From Pyrinomonadaceae bacterium (GTDB taxonomy: Bacteria; Acidobacteriota; Blastocatellia; Pyrinomonadales; Pyrinomonadaceae), in contig DATDMC010000096.1 of assembly GCA_036518995.1 (NCBI GenBank), forward strand, positions 6-64,005: 64,000 bases of DNA, in the 5' to 3' direction. Below, in pieces: positions 33,944 through 41,949 of this stretch. Both the position numbers and the translations under genes were made by a program. Position 1 is the stretch's first letter, and every line of letters begins with the position of its first letter. The notes below the pieces were generated by a model. The model ran no database searches and was not told where the DNA came from. It saw nothing but the letters and a program-made list of their open reading frames with translations.

Positions 33944-36706
33944 ATGTTTACGAGTCCTTCCCAGAAGCGCCGGTTGGTCCAACACTTTATTTACAGCGTT
34001 GGCATGGCCTTGATCCTATCTCTGGCTGGTTTCACTGCGCTCGCGCAGTCAGATCAACAAGTCAAAGAAATCGAAAAGCAAATCGCCGACAAGAACCTCG
34101 AGGGTGTGAAGGTCATGGTTAAAGGCGACTATGACGGCGCAATCGCCCTCATCTCCGAAGCCCTCGCCATCTCCGAGAAAAACTTTGGCGCCGACGATCC
34201 GTTAACTTCGCTTAGTCTCACCAATCTCGGTCGCGCTTACATAAATAAAGGCGACTACGAGCCTGCCAAAATCGCAATCCTGAGATCCATCAAGATCGAC
34301 GAGCAGTCGGGTTTTGATGTTCGCAAATCACTCGCCGAATCTAATCGCCTGCTGGCCGTCGCCTACGATTATCAATCTGATTACAGTCGCGCGCAGCCGT
34401 TGTATGAAAAGTCGCTCACGCTTTCCGAAGCGGCGTTTGGACCCGAGAGTCGTGAAGTTGCGCTCGTCCTGAACAACCTCGCCAATCTTTACAGCGAAAA
34501 AGCTGATTATGCTGCGGCCGCACAACTTGCCGAACGTTCACTCGCGATCCGGCAAAAAGTGTTTGGTCCAAATCATCCGTTGCTAATCGTTGCCCTGAAC
34601 AATCTCGCTTCGATTTACGAATGGCAAAACAATCTGACGCGAGCGGAAGAATTATTCAAACAGTCGCTGGCGATCGCCGAGAAAGCAATTCCAGACAGTG
34701 CTGGACTGGCCGAAGTGATTTCGAATCTGGGCGCGTTCTATCGCAAGACTGATCCGAAGCAGGCCCGGGCTTTACTCGAACGCGGCCTGGCCATGCGCGA
34801 AAAAATACTTGGTCCAGATGCTGAAGACGTAGCCGGTTCATTAAACAATCTGGCCCTGCTCGATTGGCAGGAAGGTCAACCCAGAAAAGCGGAACAGGAA
34901 CTCGTTCGCGCAGTGGCGATCTTGCAGAAGACACTTGGACCATCACATCCGGAAGTCCAGCGGGTGTTGGCTAACCTGGCGTTGCTCTATTCCGGATTGG
35001 GTGACACAAAACGGGCGGTCACGTTGTTAACGAAGGAAATGGACCGCAGCGACCACAATCTTGAACTGATGCTCGCCACCGGCTCAGAAGAACAAAAACG
35101 ACTTTACATGGCAAGTCTTACCGACGCGACGAGCGCGATGGTTTCGTTGCACTTGAAGTCGGCGCCGAACGATCCAGCCGCGGCGCGCATGGCCCTCACG
35201 AGGATTCTCCGACGCAAAGGGCGGGTGCTAGATGTGATGAGCGGGCAACTCGCCGCTGTTGAAAAGTCAGACACAGAAGGCCAGGCGCTCCTGGCAAGGT
35301 TGACCTATACGCGAACTCAGCTTTCGTCTTATGCGTTGCAAGGTCCTGAGAATGGCGACGTCGATCAGTATCAAACGCGGTTGGCGATGCTTCAGGAGCA
35401 GATGCAGACGCTCGAAAAAAGAATTACCGAACGGGTTACCGCCGCCGCTGGAAATGGTTCTTCAGTAAAGATTGAAGACGTGCAGGCGCAATTGCCGGCT
35501 GAGGCAGCGCTGGTTGAGTTCGTCCTCTATCGACCAATGACAGTGACTCCAACTTCGCCGCCGAAGTGGGAAACCGGTCGTTATGCCGCCTATGTACTTC
35601 ATCGAACCGGCGAGCCCACGTGGGTAGATCTCGGCGATGCGGCACAGATCGATCTGGCAGCTTTGCGTTTACGCGCGGCTTTTCGTAACCCGCGTCGCTA
35701 CGACTATGCCGAGTGGGCCCGGGCTTTTGATGAACAGGTGATGAAGCCGATTAGGAAGCTACTCGGCACTTCACATCAGATCCTGATCGCGCCCGATGGA
35801 ATGTTGAGTCTTGTTCCCTTTGCCGCACTCCAGGATGAAACCGATCACTTTTTGATCGAAAACTATTCGATCTCTTATCTGACAAGTGGACGCGATCTCT
35901 TAAGCAATCGAAGTTCAGTCGAAAGCCGCGAAGGCGCGGTAATCGTCGCTAATCCAAGTTTTACGTTGACGGCCAATGTGGTTGAGTCAACTTCACACTT
36001 TACGGGCCAGCGTTCGGCCGACATGTCTAGTCGCTTCGAACCGCTTGAGGGCACTGCTTCAGAAGCGCAACAGCTTTCGACCGTGCTGCCGAAAAGCGAA
36101 GTGTTTGCCGGTGCAAATGCAACCGAATCAGTTTTGAAAAGTCTGACTGGTCCAAGTGTGCTGCATGTCGCAACGCACGGCTTTTTTCTTAATCGCCAGG
36201 TCACGGCCAACGGTGTGACTACTCCGCAATCGTCGAGCGCAGCCGCTTATGATACTGGTGTTCAGATCAAAGAAAATCCGTTGTTGCGATCAGGACTCGC
36301 TTTGGCCGGCGCAAATCAATTGAACGATGGCCACGGCAATGATGGCATCCTGACGGCTTTGGAAGCGGCCGGACTCGATCTACATGGAACTAAGTTAGTG
36401 GTCCTATCTGCCTGTGAAACCGGCATCGGCGAAGTGCAGAACGGCGAAGGTGTTTACGGCTTGCGACGTGCGCTGGTCCTGGCAGGTTCGGAGAGCGAGT
36501 TGATGAGTCTCTGGAAAGTTGATGATGAAGCAACGCGCGATCTAATGGTAGAGTTCTATAAAGGACTGATGAATGGTGAGAGTCGTTCAGCCGCCTTGCG
36601 TGAGGTCCAATTGAAGTTGCTGAAAACGGATCGCTACGAGCACCCATTTTTCTGGGCGGCCTTTATACTTTCCGGTGATTGGGGTCCAATCAAAATAGCT
36701 AAATGA
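33944..36706 (+). CDS. Secreted TPR-repeat protein with C-terminal CHAT (caspase-like) protease domain, 920 aa
   Basis: Trimmed to the ATG at 33944. Signal-like MFTSPSQKRRLVQHFIYSVGMALILSLAGFTALAQS. About 8 TPR_10/12-like repeats (LNNLANLY, LNNLASIY, LNNLALLD). CHAT dyad context VLHVATHGFF and LVVLSACETG. Confidence 0.8.
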   Translation: MFTSPSQKRRLVQHFIYSVGMALILSLAGFTALAQSDQQVKEIEKQIADKNLEGVKVMVKGDYDGAIALISEALAISEKNFGADDPLTSLSLTNLGRAYINKGDYEPAKIAILRSIKIDEQSGFDVRKSLAESNRLLAVAYDYQSDYSRAQPLYEKSLTLSEAAFGPESREVALVLNNLANLYSEKADYAAAAQLAERSLAIRQKVFGPNHPLLIVALNNLASIYEWQNNLTRAEELFKQSLAIAEKAIPDSAGLAEVISNLGAFYRKTDPKQARALLERGLAMREKILGPDAEDVAGSLNNLALLDWQEGQPRKAEQELVRAVAILQKTLGPSHPEVQRVLANLALLYSGLGDTKRAVTLLTKEMDRSDHNLELMLATGSEEQKRLYMASLTDATSAMVSLHLKSAPNDPAAARMALTRILRRKGRVLDVMSGQLAAVEKSDTEGQALLARLTYTRTQLSSYALQGPENGDVDQYQTRLAMLQEQMQTLEKRITERVTAAAGNGSSVKIEDVQAQLPAEAALVEFVLYRPMTVTPTSPPKWETGRYAAYVLHRTGEPTWVDLGDAAQIDLAALRLRAAFRNPRRYDYAEWARAFDEQVMKPIRKLLGTSHQILIAPDGMLSLVPFAALQDETDHFLIENYSISYLTSGRDLLSNRSSVESREGAVIVANPSFTLTANVVESTSHFTGQRSADMSSRFEPLEGTASEAQQLSTVLPKSEVFAGANATESVLKSLTGPSVLHVATHGFFLNRQVTANGVTTPQSSSAAAYDTGVQIKENPLLRSGLALAGANQLNDGHGNDGILTALEAAGLDLHGTKLVVLSACETGIGEVQNGEGVYGLRRALVLAGSESELMSLWKVDDEATRDLMVEFYKGLMNGESRSAALREVQLKLLKTDRYEHPFFWAAFILSGDWGPIKIAK

Positions 36707-38862
36707 ACTGTCCGCACTGCAAAGCGACGTTGCGCGAAGAAGCTGTGTTCTGCGACACGTGTGGTGAGGTTGTCACCAACGATGCTGATCGCACGACGTT
36801 AGCGTTCGACTCGCGTGCAGATGTGAATGAGGACGCTTACGTCGGACGCGTCATCGGGGGAAAGTACAAGCTGTTGGCGCGCTTAGGCAGCGGTGGGATG
36901 GGCACTGTTTATCGCGCGCGCCGCATTCACATTGGTGACGACGTTGCGGTGAAAGTCCTGCATAGCGAGTATGTAAATGAGCCGAATACAGTAGAACGTT
37001 TTCGGCGCGAGGCGCAGGCGGCTGCAATGCTGCGTCATCCGTCGATTGTCAGTATTTACGATTTTGGTGAGGCACGTGATAACGATCCGGCCTTCATCAT
37101 AATGGAACTGGTCGATGGACAAACGCTGCGGCAGATTCTCGAGACTGAAGGAAAACTTGAACCGCATCGTGCAGTAACACTGCTCATCGATGTTTGCAAA
37201 GGCGTTGCTGTTGCGCATCGACTCAACATCGTTCATCGCGACATCAAGCCTGACAACATCATGATCCTGCCGCCGGATGTCGACGATGGACAGGAGCGTG
37301 TAAAGGTCGTCGATTTCGGAATCGCCAAGTTGAAAGATATGGTTGCGGCCAAGACGTTGACGCAGTCTGGTCGCATGATCGGCACCGTCTATTACATGTC
37401 GCCCGAACAGTGCGCCGCTGAACATCTCGACGCTCGTTCGGATGTTTACAGTTTGGGAGCAGTGCTTTACGAATTGTTGAGTGGCCATCCGCCCTTCACT
37501 GCCGAAACTGCTTCAGGAATTATCGCGAAGCACCTGACTCAAGCTCCGCCACCATTACCTGCAGAACTTAATGTTCCCGCCGAAGTTGAAGCTGTGATCG
37601 TCAAGGCGTTAGCCAAAGAGGCTTCCGCTCGACAAGCGGATGCGGCCGCGTTGCGAAATGAGTTGCGGTTGGCGTTAGGTGAATCGCCGTCGCGACGCAC
37701 TTCGGAAAACCTGGGGATCCTGACGACGAAGGAGCAACCGGTATCGGTCGTTCAACAATCGGACATCGAGACGCGTAAGGTAGCGCCCAAGCCGGCGAGT
37801 GCGGATCGACCGTCGCGAACTCGTTGGTTGATTCCCGGGTTATTGGCCTTGATCGTGCTTGCCGGACTCGCTATTGGACCAGGTAGAAGTTTGTGGAAGC
37901 GCTGGCGAGAAAATAACCCCGGCAAACCGGTGGTTACACTAAAGGACTGGCAGGTCAGCCATACGCTCGATACTAAGAGTCGGGTTTACGCGCTCGCGTT
38001 TTCGCCTGACGATAAGACGTTAGTGACGGCGAGTTCGGAAGCTCTTCGTCAGGATGCTGACTTCATCAGTGAACTGCATTTTTGGAATGTTGGTAACGGC
38101 GAGTTGCAACGCAGTATCGTCGAACACAGTGAAGGAATGCTCGCGGTTGCATTTTCACCTGATGGCCGGTGGCTGGCGACGGGTTTAGGGTCGGGAAACG
38201 CAAGTGGAAAGATCGGAAGAGTTAAGTTGTGGGACACACAAACGGGAACGTTGAAGTGGGCCGTAAACGGACACAGCGACTTTACAACGAGTGTCGTCTT
38301 TTCGCCTGATGGAAAGACACTTGCGAGCGGCAGTTTTGATAAGACGGTGAAGTTGTGGGATGTCGAGACTGGTCAGCTACAAAAGAGTCTGCCGCAACAG
38401 GGCAAGGTTTATGCAGTGGCGTTTGCACCGGCTGGTGGATTGATTGCGGTGGCTGGTCAGAACGCGGTGGAGTTGCGTTTCGTGGACTCAAATGATGTGA
38501 AACATGCTTTGGTGACGGATGGAGTGGCGGCGACGGCAGTGACGTTTTCGAGAGATGGAAAATTTGTGGCTGCGAGTGATGTTAGTGGAAAAGTGAATGT
38601 GTGGGAGGCGGAGACAGGCGCGGTTAAGGCCGTGATCACCGAGCACACTGACCTCGTTGATGCGCTTGCTTTTTCTAGTGATGGGAATGTGCTGGCGAGT
38701 GGTGGTTATGATACAAGCGTGGTGTTGTGGGACACGCAGACAAACTCGATGATGATTCGATTAAGTGATCCCGATAAGGTGACGAGCGTGGCGTTCTCGC
38801 ATAATGGATTGACGTTGGCGACGGGTGGGTGGTCCAAGTCCGTGCGATTGTGGAGTAAGTAG
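36703..38862 (+). CDS. Transmembrane Ser/Thr protein kinase with N-terminal zinc ribbon and C-terminal WD40 beta-propeller
   Basis: The ATG overlaps the CHAT stop (ATGA). Motifs CPHC..CDTC, VAVKVLH, HRDIKPDN, DFGIAK and YMSPEQ. TM helix WLIPGLLALIVLAGLAIGP. About 7 WD40 blades (AFSPDGxxLA(S/T)G ... VKLWD). Confidence 0.9.
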   Translation: MNCPHCKATLREEAVFCDTCGEVVTNDADRTTLAFDSRADVNEDAYVGRVIGGKYKLLARLGSGGMGTVYRARRIHIGDDVAVKVLHSEYVNEPNTVERFRREAQAAAMLRHPSIVSIYDFGEARDNDPAFIIMELVDGQTLRQILETEGKLEPHRAVTLLIDVCKGVAVAHRLNIVHRDIKPDNIMILPPDVDDGQERVKVVDFGIAKLKDMVAAKTLTQSGRMIGTVYYMSPEQCAAEHLDARSDVYSLGAVLYELLSGHPPFTAETASGIIAKHLTQAPPPLPAELNVPAEVEAVIVKALAKEASARQADAAALRNELRLALGESPSRRTSENLGILTTKEQPVSVVQQSDIETRKVAPKPASADRPSRTRWLIPGLLALIVLAGLAIGPGRSLWKRWRENNPGKPVVTLKDWQVSHTLDTKSRVYALAFSPDDKTLVTASSEALRQDADFISELHFWNVGNGELQRSIVEHSEGMLAVAFSPDGRWLATGLGSGNASGKIGRVKLWDTQTGTLKWAVNGHSDFTTSVVFSPDGKTLASGSFDKTVKLWDVETGQLQKSLPQQGKVYAVAFAPAGGLIAVAGQNAVELRFVDSNDVKHALVTDGVAATAVTFSRDGKFVAASDVSGKVNVWEAETGAVKAVITEHTDLVDALAFSSDGNVLASGGYDTSVVLWDTQTNSMMIRLSDPDKVTSVAFSHNGLTLATGGWSKSVRLWSK

Positions 38863-38867
38863 TTTTG

Positions 38868-38970
38868 CTCTGTGCCTCCGTGTCTCTGTGCCCTCTGTGT
38901 TGAAAATGAGCGTTCGCTAACCCAATCATCGTTTTTAACACGGAGAGCACAAAGACACGGAGACACAGAG
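38868..38970. repeat. Family C palindromic element
   Basis: ctctgtgcctccgtgtctctgtgccctctgtgttgaaaa / ttttaacacggagagcacaaagacacggagacacagag. Fills the gap between convergent stops. Confidence 0.9.
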
Positions 38971-40365
38971 TTAACCATACAGACGGCGAGTGAAGTCATT
39001 CCCGAACTTGCGTTCAGGATCGTGTTGTTTCACGAGTTCGAGGAAGCGCACGAAGTTGGCGCCGTGCATCTTCAATAGATCTTCTTTTCCGAACGACTCG
39101 TTAAACTTTCCAGGATGCGGGCGCGCATCAACTTCCCTCATCAATTTCTCTGCCACCGCGAAATATTCTTCAAAGCCATGCGAATCGTTCGCCAATAAAT
39201 CCAGCCACATCGTCTTTCGTTCACGGCCTGGTCCAATCATCGTCCGATCGTGTCCACCCGGTGTGAATCGCACTTCAAACAGCGTGTAAGGAAGTTTCTG
39301 CTGCGCGTACATCTCTTCATAAAGCTTGAGGAAGCGATCGCAAACTTCCACCGTCCGTTCATACGGCACGGCAAACTCCAACTCCTGATGCAGGTGATAA
39401 ACCGTCCGATTGAAACCTTTGTAACTCTCCATCACGAGATTAGTTCCCCGCTTGAGCCCGTGCGTGAAATCCGAAAGCTTCGGCAGCAATCCGACATACG
39501 ACATCAGGTTGGCAAACCACGCCGCTAACAAAGCGTCAATCGAAATCGCCAAATACTCGCGAAACGGCGACGCAAACGAACGCTTGTCTGTCGTCGGGTT
39601 CCACGAGTTGATCTGGCACCGATCGGTAAACGGAAACAAATACAGACTCATGTGGACGTCTTTTGCCAACAGTTGATCAAGATTCTGTTTGACGTAAGAC
39701 CAGCGGGACATTTCCACTTTCTGGCGCAGGTTAAAACGTTCGACAACTTGCAACGTCACCTCGGTAATTATCCCGACGCCACCAATGCCACCGATAGCTG
39801 CTTTGAATAGTTCATCTTCCGGTTTGAGAACATGCACTTCGCCGAGGCCGTCGATCAATTTGATGCTGATAACGTGTTGGCTGACGAAGCCCCAGTCGCG
39901 GCCAGTGCCATGAACGTCAGTTGAAATAATTCCGGCGATGCTTTGTGCGTCGTGTGACGGCAAGGCCGAGATCGCGAGACCATTTTCAAACAGCAGACGC
40001 GACACATCGCGAACACGCGTACCGCCTTTGATGGCGACTTGTTTCTTTTCCCGATCGATTGAGATCAGGCCGCTGTAATTGTCGAGTGAAATCAGAGTGT
40101 GATCGGCGACGGGGCCGATGTTAAAGGAGTGGCCCGAACCAAAAGCGCGAATGCCGGAAGAGTTTTTGATGACGGCGATGATTTCCTGCTCGGTGGTTGG
40201 TTGGGCAAAGACGGCAGGACGAAAGCGAAATCTTCTTAGCCAGTTACTGAAGACGCCGTTGACGACGCGGCCTTCCAGCCAAAGGTATTTACCAAATGAC
40301 AGGGTATAGAGAATGACGTTGAGAGTCGTGGTCCAACCGCAGTAGAAATAGCTTCGTCGTTTCAT
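38971..40365 (-). CDS. FAD-linked oxidase, D-arabinono-1,4-lactone / L-gulonolactone oxidase-like
   Basis: 464 aa. FAD-binding PCMH-type region (IRAFGSGHSF, GGTRVRDV, GIISTDVHGTG) and an ALO-type C-terminus (ARPHPGK ... FGNDF). Confidence 0.8.
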   Translation of the reverse strand: MKRRSYFYCGWTTTLNVILYTLSFGKYLWLEGRVVNGVFSNWLRRFRFRPAVFAQPTTEQEIIAVIKNSSGIRAFGSGHSFNIGPVADHTLISLDNYSGLISIDREKKQVAIKGGTRVRDVSRLLFENGLAISALPSHDAQSIAGIISTDVHGTGRDWGFVSQHVISIKLIDGLGEVHVLKPEDELFKAAIGGIGGVGIITEVTLQVVERFNLRQKVEMSRWSYVKQNLDQLLAKDVHMSLYLFPFTDRCQINSWNPTTDKRSFASPFREYLAISIDALLAAWFANLMSYVGLLPKLSDFTHGLKRGTNLVMESYKGFNRTVYHLHQELEFAVPYERTVEVCDRFLKLYEEMYAQQKLPYTLFEVRFTPGGHDRTMIGPGRERKTMWLDLLANDSHGFEEYFAVAEKLMREVDARPHPGKFNESFGKEDLLKMHGANFVRFLELVKQHDPERKFGNDFTRRLYG

Positions 40366-40374
40366 GGTTTGGAT

Positions 40375-40476
40375 CTCTGCGTCTCCGTGTCTCAGTGCTC
40401 TCTGTGTTAAAAACCTGCTGCCGCTATTTGGAGTCCATCTTTAACACAGAGAGCACTGAGACGCGGAGACACAGAG
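40375..40476. repeat. Family C palindromic element
   Basis: 37-bp arms ctctgcgtctccgtgtctcagtgctctctgtgttaaa / tttaacacagagagcactgagacgcggagacacagag. Confidence 0.9.
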
Positions 40477-40478
40477 GG

Positions 40479-40898
40479 TTATTCTTTGTAGCGCGGATAA
40501 GGGTAGCCGTAGCCCCAACGAACTTCATTCAACGAGAAATACCACTTGCCCTGCCGCTGCCGAATACTCGGAAAGGGTAACCACCATGGACCACCGATGC
40601 GCACGCCGAGGAACATGATGATGGCCCAATAAGGATGGCCCTGCAGCGCCACTGCCCGCATCAATTCGATGTCAGCCTCGAGCCGCAGCTTCGTTGGACC
40701 ACCTTTCCAATACGCCACATCGTGTGCAAAGCAACACCCTTCCCACGGCGGATCCTTTCGAAACAATCTCCGCCAGATGTAAGACATAAATCCACTGCAA
40801 CCATCCGAGCTGAATGGTTTGAGTTGTTCATTTCTTAAGGTTTTGAAACTGGGCGGCAGGCTTTCCCGTTTCAGTTTCTCGTCGGAGGTCTCTGACAT
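40479..40898 (-). CDS. Small hypothetical protein with a secretory-PLA2-like CCxxHDxxY motif
   Basis: 139 aa. SDGCSG ... GCCFAHDVAYWKGG ... EADIEL resembles the PLA2 catalytic His-Asp box. The start is 11 nt downstream of the aldolase-family gene stop. Confidence 0.4.
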   Translation of the reverse strand: MSETSDEKLKRESLPPSFKTLRNEQLKPFSSDGCSGFMSYIWRRLFRKDPPWEGCCFAHDVAYWKGGPTKLRLEADIELMRAVALQGHPYWAIIMFLGVRIGGPWWLPFPSIRQRQGKWYFSLNEVRWGYGYPYPRYKE

Positions 40899-40909
40899 AG
40901 CGTTGCCGG

Positions 40910-41680
40910 TTAGTCTCGATAAGATGGATCGATCCGGTCCAGCTTTCGCAAAAGTCCCGGCCAGGCGAGTTGACCACCCAGGCCCATCGTTGCAGCACGC
41001 AACTGCATTCCGACTTTTTGCAGGACCGGCATAGGAACGGGATGCAACTCGGAACTCGATTGCGCGAGTACCTGGATCTCACACGCGCGCTCGAGATTAA
41101 ACATCGCGAGAAACGCGTCGGCCGGTGTTTTGCCCACGGTCAACAAGCCGTGGTTTCGTAGAATCAGGAACACTTTGTCTCCAAAGTCTGCGACCAGACG
41201 CGGTTTTTCATCTTCGTCGAGCGCGATTCCTTCGTAGTCGTGATAAGCGAGTGACGCAAGACAAACGACTGCCTGCTGCGACAAGGGAAGTAAGCCACTC
41301 TTTTGGGCCGACACTGCGATGCCAAAACGCGTGTGCAAATGGATCACGCAAAGTGCGTCTTCGCGAGCGGCATGGACCGCGCTGTGAATCGTGAACCCGG
41401 CCGGGTTGATATAGTAAGGCGTGTCCATCACCTTGTTGCCAGCGAGATCGATCTTGACCAGGCTCGATGCGGTTACTTCCTCAAATAACATTCCATAAGG
41501 ATTGAGTAAAAAGTGATGTTCTGGTCCGGGAACACGCGCCGATAGATGCGTAAAAATCAGATCGTCCCAACCATAAAGTGCGACCAGGCGATAGGCGGCG
41601 GCGAGATCGACTCGCGCTTGCCATTCCTCTGGCGACACTTGATCGCGCACATTTGATTTGCTTTGTGTAGGGCTGCTCAT
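40910..41680 (-). CDS. Class II aldolase/adducin-family protein
   Basis: 256 aa. Motifs THLSARVP, GFTIHSAVHAAR, CVIHLHT and LILRNHGLLTVG. Confidence 0.85.
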   Translation of the reverse strand: MSSPTQSKSNVRDQVSPEEWQARVDLAAAYRLVALYGWDDLIFTHLSARVPGPEHHFLLNPYGMLFEEVTASSLVKIDLAGNKVMDTPYYINPAGFTIHSAVHAAREDALCVIHLHTRFGIAVSAQKSGLLPLSQQAVVCLASLAYHDYEGIALDEDEKPRLVADFGDKVFLILRNHGLLTVGKTPADAFLAMFNLERACEIQVLAQSSSELHPVPMPVLQKVGMQLRAATMGLGGQLAWPGLLRKLDRIDPSYRD

Positions 41681-41736
41681 TTAATTCTCCACTCGAAGGG
41701 TATCTGGGACTGACGATAGGTAGAAGTTTATTGCAG

Positions 41737-41808
41737 GACCTGACGCTATCGCGTTACGGTACTGACTTCATCGCCGCAAAGATGACTTTGTAAAAAGGCT
41801 CTGCGGAT
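41737..41808. repeat. Family B' solitary arm with outer extension
   Basis: gacctgacgctatcgcgttacggtactgacttcatcgccgcaaagatgactttgtaaaaaggctctgcggat is the reverse complement of the arm type at 7031-7097. Confidence 0.8.
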
Positions 41809-41949
41809 TGTAAACGATAGGCGCGGCGAATCGGCAAGCATTTTGTGAAATAAGTTAGTAAAGCTCTTGATTCCAAAGGTGTCGATACTCTAGAGTTCAA
41901 CCTCTTTCTTTATCTAGAGCCCAGTTAACGACGAAACCAGCCCTCCGGT

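Noticed and set aside
36703-36706. Four-base ATGA overlaps (also 22954-22957 and 45647-45650) and the TAATG junction at 61690-61694, considered as possible programmed frameshift sites.
   Set aside because: These are ordinary stop/start overlaps for translational coupling. Both partners are complete proteins with their own starts.
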